Below, piece by piece: positions 41,192 to 50,415 of a stretch of 64,000 bases of DNA. Under the pieces are notes generated by a model. The model was not told the origin of the DNA and ran no database searches. It saw only the letters and a program-made list of their open reading frames with translations. The translations under genes and the position numbers were made by a program. Source of the stretch: Candidatus Blautia excrementipullorum (GTDB lineage: Bacteria; Bacillota; Clostridia; Lachnospirales; Lachnospiraceae). Location of the stretch: NCBI GenBank assembly GCA_019118645.1, contig DWYN01000149.1:1277-65276 (forward strand). The letters are read 5' to 3'. The stretch's first letter is position 1, and each line of letters begins with the position of its first letter.

Positions 41192-41446
41192 TCAGCAGCC
41201 GCATCCGTTATTTCCGCAGCCGCATCCGCCGCAGAGAAGAAGCAGGATAATGATAATCCAGCAGCAGTCACCGCCGTTGTTGCTGAATCCAAAACCATTA
41301 TTTCCGCAGCAGCTCATCAGAATAATGATCCAGAGAATACAGCTGCAGGAATTTCCTCCAAAAAGTCCGTATCCTGAGGAGTCTCCGCAGCCGCAGCCGC
41401 ATCTTTCTTCTCCGCAACCGCAATTTGTAGCAGCTAAATCACTCAT
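41192..41446 (-). CDS. Small Cys/Gly-rich hydrophobic protein, putative spore coat/exosporium component
   Basis: TGGAGG RBS; CGCG repeats and two WIII hydrophobic segments. Confidence 0.8.
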   Translation of the reverse strand: MSDLAATNCGCGEERCGCGCGDSSGYGLFGGNSCSCILWIIILMSCCGNNGFGFSNNGGDCCWIIIILLLLCGGCGCGNNGCGC

Positions 41447-41478
41447 TGTAAAATCCTCCAGAGTTTGGTTTACAATTC

Positions 41479-41505
41479 ATACTATGTAAAGGGCCTGTCT
41501 GGTGT
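41479..41505 (-). promoter_or_regulatory. sigma-K-like promoter
   Basis: ACA-16-CATAGTAT on the minus strand. Confidence 0.6.
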
Positions 41506-41520
41506 GCCTGAGGAAAGCAA

Positions 41521-41549
41521 TTGACAGAAAAAAATTATTTCAGTATACT
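41521..41549 (+). promoter_or_regulatory. sigma-A promoter
   Basis: TTGACA-17-TATACT. Confidence 0.75.
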
Positions 41550-41600
41550 CATTCTGAAGAAATACATATATTTTGCATAAAAACAGAAGGGAGACGCAGT

Positions 41601-43313
41601 ATGGATGCATATCTTACCGCATTTTTGGCGGCGGCAGGCATTTTGGCACTGTTTCTTTTCTGGATTATATACGGAAAAAGAAAAAGTGAAAGAATGATCC
41701 GTAAAAAAATACAGCGCATATACGGACAGGTTCCTGACCGGGAATATGCAGCCGGAGATATTGAGGAGATTTCCCACTATTTCAGAAGAAGGTCCGGAAC
41801 AGGATTTACCATCGATGATATTACCTGGAATGATCTTGATATGGATCGTATTTTTATGCTGGTGAATCAGACAATGTCCTCACCGGGGGAGGATTTTCTG
41901 TATTCTATGCTCCGGCGTCCTCTGTTTCAGAAGGACGAGGTGCAAGAAAGAGAAGCTCTGATTCAATTTTTTTCAGAAAATAAGGAAAAAAGGGAGACCA
42001 TGCAGCTTCTGCTGGCACGGGTGGGTAAGACATGGCACGGTTCTCTTTCTGATACAATACTGGCCATGGAAGACGCCGTGCCGGTGTCCGCCGGCATTCA
42101 CTGGGTGATGCTGGCCGGACTGCTGCTTACGCTTTTTGTTATACTGCCGGCGGCTCCTCTGTATGGCTTTCTGCTTTTTATCGTACTCAGCAGTCTGAAT
42201 GTAGTGATATACTATGCAGGCAGAGACCGAAAAAAAATCGAGCCATATCTGGACTGTCTCGGAAGCCTGATGAGAATGCTGTGGCTTGCCGGTCAGGCAG
42301 ATGCCGTAAAGTGGCCGGAAACAGAAAAGCAGATGGAGAAAATCCGAAAAGGAAGAAAAGCTTTTCGCTCTTTAAAGAAAAAAGCATTTTTCCTTACCAG
42401 CAAAAACAACAGCACGGGAGATCCCGCGCAGCTTCTTCTGGATTACCTTCGGATGGTTTTTCACATGGATATTCTGATTTATAATTCTGTCCTGAAGGAA
42501 GTGAAAGGAAAAACAGAGGCGATCATGGAACTTCTTGACAGCCTCGGGGAACTTGACGCCGCAATCTCCATTGCATCTTTTCGTGAAATTCTGCCCCTGT
42601 GGAGCAGGCCGGAATTTACAGAGCAGAGCAGCGGCCACATTCGCCTTTTTGCTGAAGATATGTATCATCCTCTGCTCCAGGAACCGGTAGCTAACAGTGT
42701 ACAGGCCGACAGAGGGCTTCTTGTAACGGGATCCAATGCTTCCGGAAAATCGACGTTTCTGAAAAATGTAGCCGTAACCAGCATTCTTGCACAGACGGTT
42801 CTTACCTGCCCCTGTTCTTCTTATCAGGCGCCTTTTCTGAAAGTGATGACCTCCATGGCCCTCCGGGATGATCTGTCAGGAGGTGAGAGCTATTTTATTG
42901 TGGAGATTAAATCTTTAAAGAGAATTCTTGATGAAAGCAAAAAGCCGGAGCCCCTTCTGTGTATTATTGATGAAGTGCTGCGCGGAACCAATACGATTGA
43001 GAGAATCGCGGCATCTTCCCGAATTCTCAATGCCCTGAACAAAGAATGGGTGCTGCCATTTGCAGCTACTCATGATATAGAGCTTTCCTATATTCTTGAT
43101 AAAGTATATGAAAACTGCCATTTCGGAGAAAAGATTCTGGACAATCAGGTTGTCTTTGACTATATCCTTCAGAGGGGACGGGCATCTACAAGAAACGCAA
43201 TAAGGCTTCTGAAAATTATGGGTTATGATCCGGATATTGTGGAGAAAGCCGCACAGGCTGCCGGCGACTTTGAAAAAGACGGCATCTGGAAGGCTGTGGA
43301 AGAAGATAGGTAA
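41601..43313 (+). CDS. Membrane-anchored MutS-related ATPase (domain V only)
   Basis: IDDITWNDLDMD, TGSNASGKST, GESYF, IDEVLRGTN, ATHD; three TM segments. Confidence 0.88.
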   Translation: MDAYLTAFLAAAGILALFLFWIIYGKRKSERMIRKKIQRIYGQVPDREYAAGDIEEISHYFRRRSGTGFTIDDITWNDLDMDRIFMLVNQTMSSPGEDFLYSMLRRPLFQKDEVQEREALIQFFSENKEKRETMQLLLARVGKTWHGSLSDTILAMEDAVPVSAGIHWVMLAGLLLTLFVILPAAPLYGFLLFIVLSSLNVVIYYAGRDRKKIEPYLDCLGSLMRMLWLAGQADAVKWPETEKQMEKIRKGRKAFRSLKKKAFFLTSKNNSTGDPAQLLLDYLRMVFHMDILIYNSVLKEVKGKTEAIMELLDSLGELDAAISIASFREILPLWSRPEFTEQSSGHIRLFAEDMYHPLLQEPVANSVQADRGLLVTGSNASGKSTFLKNVAVTSILAQTVLTCPCSSYQAPFLKVMTSMALRDDLSGGESYFIVEIKSLKRILDESKKPEPLLCIIDEVLRGTNTIERIAASSRILNALNKEWVLPFAATHDIELSYILDKVYENCHFGEKILDNQVVFDYILQRGRASTRNAIRLLKIMGYDPDIVEKAAQAAGDFEKDGIWKAVEEDR

Positions 43314-43323
43314 GGTAGGTATT

Positions 43324-44058
43324 ATGTCGGAAGAAGGTCTTTTTGATATTCATTGTCATATAATCCCGTCGGTAGATGACGGAGCGGCTGATCTCAAGGA
43401 GGCAGAAGAACTGCTGCGTATGGAGTACAGTCAGGGGGTTCGCAATATAATTTTAACACCTCATTTCAGAGTGGGAATGTTCGAGACACCCTCCAAACAG
43501 ATACGGGAACAGTTTTCCGCCTTAAAAGAGGCAGCTTACAAAATCACTCCCGGACTGAATTTATACCTGGGATGCGAATTTCATGCAAATATGGAAATGA
43601 TTGAAATGCTGAAAAAAGGATATGGAGCTGTAATGGCGGATTCCCGCTATGTTCTTACAGAATTTTCGGGGAGGGCGCCGGCTTCCTACATCCGGGAACG
43701 GCTGTATGCGCTTCTGCTGCACGGATATAAGCCCATAGCGGCTCATGTGGAGCGGTATGAAGCTGTGCGCAAGAATCGTGGTTTTCTGGAAGAGCTTGTG
43801 GATATGGGAACACTTATTCAGATAAATGCGGACAGCCTTTTGGGAATAGAAGGATTTGGCGCCAAAAGGTTCTGCGGCAGGCTCCTGAAGGCGGAAATGG
43901 TTCATTTTGTCGGTTCCGACTGTCACGGGACTGTACGGCGGATTCCCAGAATTGGAAAGGCTTACCATTATGTTCAGAAAAAGTTCGGGAAAAAATATGC
44001 AGAAGAAATTTTCCTGAAAAATCCAGCAAAACTACTGAAGGACGCTGTTCGACAGTAA
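43324..44058 (+). CDS. CpsB/CapC-family PHP tyrosine-protein phosphatase
   Basis: DIHCHIIP..DDG, TPH, AHVERY, GSDCH. Confidence 0.9.
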   Translation: MSEEGLFDIHCHIIPSVDDGAADLKEAEELLRMEYSQGVRNIILTPHFRVGMFETPSKQIREQFSALKEAAYKITPGLNLYLGCEFHANMEMIEMLKKGYGAVMADSRYVLTEFSGRAPASYIRERLYALLLHGYKPIAAHVERYEAVRKNRGFLEELVDMGTLIQINADSLLGIEGFGAKRFCGRLLKAEMVHFVGSDCHGTVRRIPRIGKAYHYVQKKFGKKYAEEIFLKNPAKLLKDAVRQ

Positions 44059-44108
44059 GAAAAGAGGGTTTTGCTGCTTTAAGTTGTGAAAGCCTCTCCG
44101 AGAAGTTC

Positions 44109-44137
44109 TTGACAAACAAAACTCCAGTTTGTATACT
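44109..44137 (+). promoter_or_regulatory. sigma-A promoter of tyrS
   Basis: TTGACA-17-TATACT. Confidence 0.8.
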
Positions 44138-44149
44138 GGAAAAAGACAG

Positions 44150-44392
44150 GAAAAGGCTGAGAAGGGAAGAAGTAGCTTAAAAGGAACACACAGAGAGCTG
44201 CCGGCAGGTGAGAGGCGCGTGGGAAATTTAAGTGAATACATCCCGGAGCTCCGCACTGAAAATTTCAGTAGGCTGCGGCGGTTTGGCACTCGTTATTGTG
44301 CTCAATGAGGCAGAGAAGCAGATTCTCTGTGAATTTAGGTGGTAACACGGGACCCGGTTCTCGTCCTAAAAGGACAGGAACCGGGCTTTTTT
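44150..44392 (+). ncRNA. T-box riboswitch, Tyr specifier
   Basis: AGTAG, AGAGAG, GGTGAGA; specifier GAA-TAC-ATCCC (44237-44239); AATTTAGGTGGTAACACGG; terminator CCCGGTTC..GAACCGGG-TTTTTT. Confidence 0.95.
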
Positions 44393-44407
44393 GATAGGAG
44401 GAAAATA

Positions 44408-45634
44408 ATGACAGTTTGGGAAGAACTGAAAGCAAGAGGGCTGATTGCCCAGGTAACAGATGAAGATGAGATCAAGGAGATGATCAATAACGGAAAAGCC
44501 ACTTTTTACATTGGCTTTGATCCGACGGCGGACAGCCTGCATGTAGGCCATTTTATGGCTCTGTGTCTTATGAAGCGCCTTCAGATGGCGGGAAACCGCC
44601 CGATTGCTCTTCTGGGCGGCGGAACCGGAATGATCGGCGATCCTTCGGGAAGAACAGATATGCGTCAGATGATGACCAAAGAGACGATTCAGCACAACAT
44701 CGACTGCTTTAAAAAGCAGATGGAGCGCTTCATCGATTTTTCCGACGGAAAAGCACTGATGGTAAACAATGCGGACTGGCTTCTTGACCTGAACTACGTG
44801 GAGCTTCTCCGCGATGTGGGGGCATGTTTTTCTGTAAACCGCATGCTGGCTGCGGAATGCTATAAGCAGAGAATGGAAAGAGGATTAAGTTTCCTTGAAT
44901 TTAACTATATGATCATGCAGAGCTATGACTTCTACATGCTGTATCAGAAATACGGCTGCAATATGCAGTTCGGGGGAGATGACCAGTGGAGCAATATGCT
45001 TGGCGGCACGGAACTGATCCGCAGAAAACTTGGCAAGGATGCGTACGCCATGACCATTACTCTGCTTTTGAACTCCGAGGGCAAGAAAATGGGAAAAACA
45101 CAGTCAGGCGCTGTCTGGCTGGATCCTAATAAAACATCTCCTTTTGACTTCTACCAGTACTGGAGAAATGTGGACGACGCAGATGTAATTAAATGCATGA
45201 AGCTTCTGACTTTCCTTCCTCTGGAGCAGATTACGGAAATGGAAACTTGGGAGGGCAGCCAGTTAAATAAGGCGAAGGAAATTTTGGCTTATGAGCTTAC
45301 CAGCCTTGTGCATGGAGAAGAGGAAGCAAAGAAAGCCCAGGAAGGCGCAAGGGCCCTTTTCGCAGGAGGGGCAGATACCGCGAATATGCCTTCCACAGAG
45401 CTTGCAGAGGAAGATTTTCAGGATGACTCTATTGATCTGATTACTTTGCTGGTAAAAACAGGACTGGTACCCACCCGTTCGGAAGGACGGCGTGCAATTG
45501 AGCAGGGCGGCGTCTCTGTCGACGGAGAAAAGATTACAGATATCAGACATACAGTGCCAAAAGAAAATCTTCAGGGAAAAGGCATCGTATTAAAGCGCGG
45601 CAAAAAGAAATTCCATAAAGTGTGGACGAAATAG
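44408..45634 (+). CDS. tyrS: Tyrosyl-tRNA synthetase
   Basis: GFDPTADSLHVGH, GGDDQWSN, KMGKT, S4 domain. Confidence 0.98.
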   Translation: MTVWEELKARGLIAQVTDEDEIKEMINNGKATFYIGFDPTADSLHVGHFMALCLMKRLQMAGNRPIALLGGGTGMIGDPSGRTDMRQMMTKETIQHNIDCFKKQMERFIDFSDGKALMVNNADWLLDLNYVELLRDVGACFSVNRMLAAECYKQRMERGLSFLEFNYMIMQSYDFYMLYQKYGCNMQFGGDDQWSNMLGGTELIRRKLGKDAYAMTITLLLNSEGKKMGKTQSGAVWLDPNKTSPFDFYQYWRNVDDADVIKCMKLLTFLPLEQITEMETWEGSQLNKAKEILAYELTSLVHGEEEAKKAQEGARALFAGGADTANMPSTELAEEDFQDDSIDLITLLVKTGLVPTRSEGRRAIEQGGVSVDGEKITDIRHTVPKENLQGKGIVLKRGKKKFHKVWTK

Positions 45635-45650
45635 AATGGAGGCAAAGACA

Positions 45651-48290
45651 ATGAAAAAATATGGTGTAAACCAGCTTCGTCAGATGTTCCTGGATTTCAT
45701 GGAGAGCAAGGGACATCTGGTTCATAAAAGCTATTCCCTTGTTCCGCAGGGGGACAAGAGTCTGCTTTTGATCAATGCGGGAATGGCTCCCTTAAAGCCT
45801 TACTTTACAGGAGCGGAGATTCCTCCGAGAACAAGAATGGCAACATGCCAGAAATGTATCCGTACCGGAGATATTGAAAATGTGGGCAAGACTGCGCGTC
45901 ATGGAACCTTCTTTGAGATGCTCGGAAATTTCTCCTTTGGCGATTATTTCAAAAAAGAGGCTCTTGAGTGGTCCTGGGAATTTCTGACAGAAGTCGTTGG
46001 CCTTGATCCGGAGAGATTATACCCATCGGTCTATCTGGACGATGATGAGGCTTTTGAAATCTGGAACAAAGATATCGGAATCCCGGCGGAACGAATCTTC
46101 CGTTTCGGAAAAGAGGATAATTTCTGGGAGCACGGCGCAGGTCCCTGCGGACCCTGTTCCGAGATCTACTATGACCGCGGAGAAAAATACGGCTGCGGAA
46201 AACCCGGGTGTACGGTAGGCTGTGACTGCGACCGTTATATGGAAGTATGGAACGACGTTTTCACGCAGTTTGAAAACGATGGAAATGGAAATTATACAGA
46301 GCTGAAGCAGAAAAATATTGATACCGGTATGGGGCTGGAGCGTCTCGCAGTGGTGGTTCAGGATGTTGACTCTATTTTTGATGTGGATACCATCTGCTCC
46401 CTCCGGAATCTGGTCAGTGAAATCTCCGGCAAGGAATATGGAAAGGTTTACGACCACGACGTTTCCATTCGTCTCATCACAGACCACATCCGTTCCGCGA
46501 CATTTATGATTTCTGACGGAATCATGCCGACTAACGAGGGCAGAGGCTATGTTCTCCGCCGGCTGATCCGCCGCGCAGCGCGTCATGGGCGTCTCCTGGG
46601 AATCCAGGGAACCTTCCTTGCAAAATTAAGCGAAGAAGTCATCAACGGCTCCAAGGACGGATATCCGGAGCTCGAGGATAAAAAAGAATTCATTTTCAAA
46701 GTCCTTACAAATGAAGAAAACCAGTTCAATAAGACCATTGATCAGGGACTCCGTATTCTCTCGGATATGGAGGAGCAGATGAAAGCAGAGGGAAGAAAAA
46801 TGCTTTCCGGAGCAGACGCTTTTAAACTGTATGATACTTATGGCTTCCCCCTTGACCTTACGAAAGAAATCCTGGAAGAGAAGGGATACGGCATTGACGA
46901 AGAAGGCTTCGCAGCGGCAATGGAGGAACAGAGAACCAAAGCCCGTACCGCGCGGGAAGTCACCAATTATATGGGGGCGGATGCCACCGTTTACGACCAG
47001 ATCGATCCCTCTGTCACAACGGAGTTTGTAGGGTATGATCACCTGACTTATGAGTCTCAGGTGACGGTCCTTACAGGGGAAGATGAAATTGTCTCTTCTC
47101 TGATGGAAGGTCAGAAGGGAACCGTATTTGTGCAAGAAACTCCATTCTATGCCACTATGGGCGGACAGGAAGGAGATACCGGCGTTATTGAAACGGCAGA
47201 CGGAAAATTTGTAGTAGAAGACACAATTAAGCTTCGCGGCGGAAAATTCGGCCATGTGGGACACATGGAATCCGGAATGATTTCTGTCGGAGATAAGGTT
47301 TCCCTTACTGTCTGCGAGAAGGCCAGACGCGATACAGAAAAGAATCACAGTGCGACCCACCTTCTTCAGAAAGCCTTAAAAGTGGTTCTGGGATCTCATA
47401 TTGAGCAGAAAGGCTCCCTGGTAACTCCGGACAGGCTCAGATTTGATTTTGCTCATTTTCAGGCTATGACCGGCGATGAAATCGAAAAGACAGAAGCTCT
47501 TGTAAACCAGGAAATTCAGCAGGCGCTTCCGGTAGTGACAGATATCATGGATATCGAGGAAGCGAAAAAATCCGGAGCGATGGCTCTGTTCGGCGAAAAG
47601 TATGAGCAGAAGGTACGTGTAGTATCTATGGGAGATTTCTCAAAAGAACTCTGCGGCGGTACGCATGTAAAAAACACCAGCTCTATTATGCTTTTCAAAA
47701 TTATTTCTGAGCAGGGCATTGCGGCAGGCGTCCGCCGTATAGAAGCTCTGACAGGAAACGCTGTGCTGGAGTATTACAAAAATGAGGAACATCTGCTGAA
47801 AGAAGCCGCAGCTGCCCTGAAGGCCCAGCCCGGTGAACTTGCAGAAAAGATCGCCCACCTGCAGACTGAGGTAAAAAATCTGCAGAGTGAAAATGATTCG
47901 CTGAAAAATAAGTTGGCCCAGGGTTCTCTCGGAGATGTTATGAATCAGATCCGGGAAGTGAAAGGCGTCAAACTTCTGGCCGCAAAAGTAGAGGGAGTGG
48001 AGGCTGGAGCGCTCCGTGATCTTGGCGACCAGTTAAAGGACAAGATCGGAGAGGGCGTTGTAGTTCTCGCTGCTGTGAACGGCGGAAAAGTAAACCTTCT
48101 TGCTATGGCAACAGAAGGCGCTCAGAAGGCCGGGGCCCATGCAGGAAATCTGATCAAAGGCGTGGCCGCCGTTGTCGGAGGAGGCGGAGGAGGCCGCCCG
48201 AATATGGCTCAGGCCGGAGGCAAGAACCCGGAGAAAGTCGATGAAGCGATTGCAGCGGCAGCAGAAATTCTGGAAGGGCAGCTTAACTGA
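45651..48290 (+). CDS. alaS: Alanyl-tRNA synthetase
   Basis: NAGM, HGTFFEMLGNFSFGDYFK, DTGMGLER, HSATH, ELCGGTH, GGGGG. Confidence 0.98.
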   Translation: MKKYGVNQLRQMFLDFMESKGHLVHKSYSLVPQGDKSLLLINAGMAPLKPYFTGAEIPPRTRMATCQKCIRTGDIENVGKTARHGTFFEMLGNFSFGDYFKKEALEWSWEFLTEVVGLDPERLYPSVYLDDDEAFEIWNKDIGIPAERIFRFGKEDNFWEHGAGPCGPCSEIYYDRGEKYGCGKPGCTVGCDCDRYMEVWNDVFTQFENDGNGNYTELKQKNIDTGMGLERLAVVVQDVDSIFDVDTICSLRNLVSEISGKEYGKVYDHDVSIRLITDHIRSATFMISDGIMPTNEGRGYVLRRLIRRAARHGRLLGIQGTFLAKLSEEVINGSKDGYPELEDKKEFIFKVLTNEENQFNKTIDQGLRILSDMEEQMKAEGRKMLSGADAFKLYDTYGFPLDLTKEILEEKGYGIDEEGFAAAMEEQRTKARTAREVTNYMGADATVYDQIDPSVTTEFVGYDHLTYESQVTVLTGEDEIVSSLMEGQKGTVFVQETPFYATMGGQEGDTGVIETADGKFVVEDTIKLRGGKFGHVGHMESGMISVGDKVSLTVCEKARRDTEKNHSATHLLQKALKVVLGSHIEQKGSLVTPDRLRFDFAHFQAMTGDEIEKTEALVNQEIQQALPVVTDIMDIEEAKKSGAMALFGEKYEQKVRVVSMGDFSKELCGGTHVKNTSSIMLFKIISEQGIAAGVRRIEALTGNAVLEYYKNEEHLLKEAAAALKAQPGELAEKIAHLQTEVKNLQSENDSLKNKLAQGSLGDVMNQIREVKGVKLLAAKVEGVEAGALRDLGDQLKDKIGEGVVVLAAVNGGKVNLLAMATEGAQKAGAHAGNLIKGVAAVVGGGGGGRPNMAQAGGKNPEKVDEAIAAAAEILEGQLN

Positions 48291-48453
48291 CAGAATTCCT
48301 GTGAAAAATTTGTGAAAAAGTTTTTGCAAATTTAACCAAAAGCAGTTGACGAAACCTGCGGCAATGATATATAATATAACACGTGCAAGAAAAATACCCA
48401 GACAGTTGTATTTTAGCACAATCTACAACTGGAGGGAGGTTAGGTGTGAGTCT

Positions 48454-48630
48454 ATGTCAAACGTTATCGTAAAAGAAAACGAGACTTTAGATAGCGCTCT
48501 TCGCAGATTCAAGAGAAGCTGCGCAAAAGCAGGTATCCAGCAGGAAATCCGCAAAAGAGAGCATTACGAGAAACCAAGCGTTCGTCGTAAGAAAAAATCT
48601 GAAGCCGCAAGAAAACGTAAATATAATTAA
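48454..48630 (+). CDS. rpsU: 30S ribosomal protein S21
   Basis: [29 protein letters not shown]. Confidence 0.97.
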   Translation: MSNVIVKENETLDSALRRFKRSCAKAGIQQEIRKREHYEKPSVRRKKKSEAARKRKYN

Positions 48631-48639
48631 TTGTGCACA

Positions 48640-48671
48640 AAAAATCCCTGACAATCTCGTCAGGGATTTTT
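48640..48671 (+). terminator. Intrinsic terminator
   Basis: AAAAATCCCTGAC-6-GTCAGGGATTTTT. Confidence 0.85.
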
Positions 48672-48763
48672 AAAAATCCACATTGTTACTTTATTAACAA
48701 AACAGGAACTTCAACGTTTATACTAGCTTGCGTATATGGCGTTCATGGAAACGGAGAAGATAA

Positions 48764-50326
48764 ATGAATTTCGTAATCTTGTTTTTCAAAAAAATAATTA
48801 AGCTGTTATTTAACCGGATATTTTATGTGGCCTTTGCGATGTTGGTGCAGCTGGGCTGGCTGTTCCTAATTGTCTGGCAGCTTGCAGCGTATTCCAAATA
48901 TATTTCTTTCGGTATTACAATTTTGAGTATTCTGGTTGTTCTGTGGATTGTCAATAAAAAAATCAATCCATCGTATAAACTTGGCTGGACGCTGCTTATC
49001 ATGATTGTACCGGTTTTTGGCCTGCTCCTCTATGTCCTTTTCGGAAAGTCCAGAGTGGCGCAGAAAATGCAGGAAAAATATATGCAGGTAAAACAGGAAA
49101 GCGCCCCCTATCTGAGCCAGAATTCTGAAATCATTCAGAAGATCAGAGAAAAGGATCCGTCTGCCGCGGTGCAGTCAACCTATATTTATCAGCATTCCGG
49201 ATTTCCGGTTTATGAAAACACCACTGCGGAATATTTTCAGGTGGGAGATGATATGTTTCCGGTTCTCGTGAAAGAACTGGAGCAGGCGAAGCATTATATT
49301 TATATAGAATATTTTATTATTAACGATGGAGTGATGTGGAGAACGATTCTTGACATACTTGAAAAAAAGGCGGCCCAGGGAGTTGATGTCCGCCTGATTT
49401 ACGATGGCTTCGGCTGCCTTACCACCCTTCCGCACAGATATGACAAAGTGCTTCGAAGCAAGGGCATACAATGCAAAATTTTCAACCCGTTCCGCCCTGT
49501 CCTGAATATCATTCAAAATAACCGCGACCACCGCAAAATATGTGTGATTGACGGGAAAACAGGATTCACCGGGGGAATCAATCTGGCAGACGAATACATT
49601 AATCAGAAAGAACGTTTCGGACACTGGAAGGATACTGCGGTCATGCTTAAAGGAGAAGGCGTATGGAGCATGACGGTTATGTTTCTCCATATGTGGAGCG
49701 TGATCAATGGTCTTCAGAACCCTCTGGAACATGAATCTTATCTTCCCCATACCTATCATCCTGAAAAGTTTGAGGGAAACGGTTTTGTGCAGCCGTTCAG
49801 CGATACGCCTCTGGACGGAGAAGTTCTGGGGGAAAACGTATATCTGAACATTATTAACCGGGCAAAGCGGTATGTATATATCTGTACGCCGTATCTGATC
49901 ATTGACAATGAAATGATGACAGCTCTTTGCCTGGCTGCAAAGGGCGGCGTGGACGTACGCATTATGACTCCCGGTGTTCCCGATAAAAAAATGGTATTTT
50001 TGCTGACGCAGTCTTATTATGAACAGCTTCTGGAAGCCGGCGTGCGGATTTATGAGTATCAGCCGGGATTTCTTCACGCCAAGTCCTTTGTATGTGATGA
50101 TGAGATAGCGGTGGTCGGAACAATCAACCTGGATTACAGGAGTCTTTACCTGCATTTTGAGGACGGAATATGGATGTATAAAAATGAGGTCATACAGGAT
50201 ATTCTGCAGGATTTTCTGGAAACCCTGCATTACTGTGACCCGATCAGTATAGAGTTCTGCAGAAACAGGAATCTTCTTACCCGGGGATTCCAAAGTATTC
50301 TGCGTCTGTTTGCGCCTATGCTTTAA
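48764..50326 (+). CDS. cls: Cardiolipin synthase
   Basis: Two HKD motifs (HRKICVID, HAKSFVCD); N-terminal TM helices. Confidence 0.93.
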   Translation: MNFVILFFKKIIKLLFNRIFYVAFAMLVQLGWLFLIVWQLAAYSKYISFGITILSILVVLWIVNKKINPSYKLGWTLLIMIVPVFGLLLYVLFGKSRVAQKMQEKYMQVKQESAPYLSQNSEIIQKIREKDPSAAVQSTYIYQHSGFPVYENTTAEYFQVGDDMFPVLVKELEQAKHYIYIEYFIINDGVMWRTILDILEKKAAQGVDVRLIYDGFGCLTTLPHRYDKVLRSKGIQCKIFNPFRPVLNIIQNNRDHRKICVIDGKTGFTGGINLADEYINQKERFGHWKDTAVMLKGEGVWSMTVMFLHMWSVINGLQNPLEHESYLPHTYHPEKFEGNGFVQPFSDTPLDGEVLGENVYLNIINRAKRYVYICTPYLIIDNEMMTALCLAAKGGVDVRIMTPGVPDKKMVFLLTQSYYEQLLEAGVRIYEYQPGFLHAKSFVCDDEIAVVGTINLDYRSLYLHFEDGIWMYKNEVIQDILQDFLETLHYCDPISIEFCRNRNLLTRGFQSILRLFAPML

Positions 50327-50415
50327 ATAAATCGTCTGCCATTTATGGCGGCAATAGCATATTTCCGCTGCTTTTGTTTTATAATAATGTAGAGAATTCT
50401 TACCGGAGGAACTGC

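Noticed and set aside
41192-41446. Bacteriocin or RiPP precursor (GG motifs, many Cys)
   Set aside because: No peptidase-transporter, radical SAM or YcaO gene adjacent; sigma-K-like promoter favours a spore protein.
50358-50390. Forespore sigma-F/G promoter for the dacF-like gene
   Set aside because: GCATA is present but the -10 match is ambiguous (TATAAT-like); not supportable by eye.
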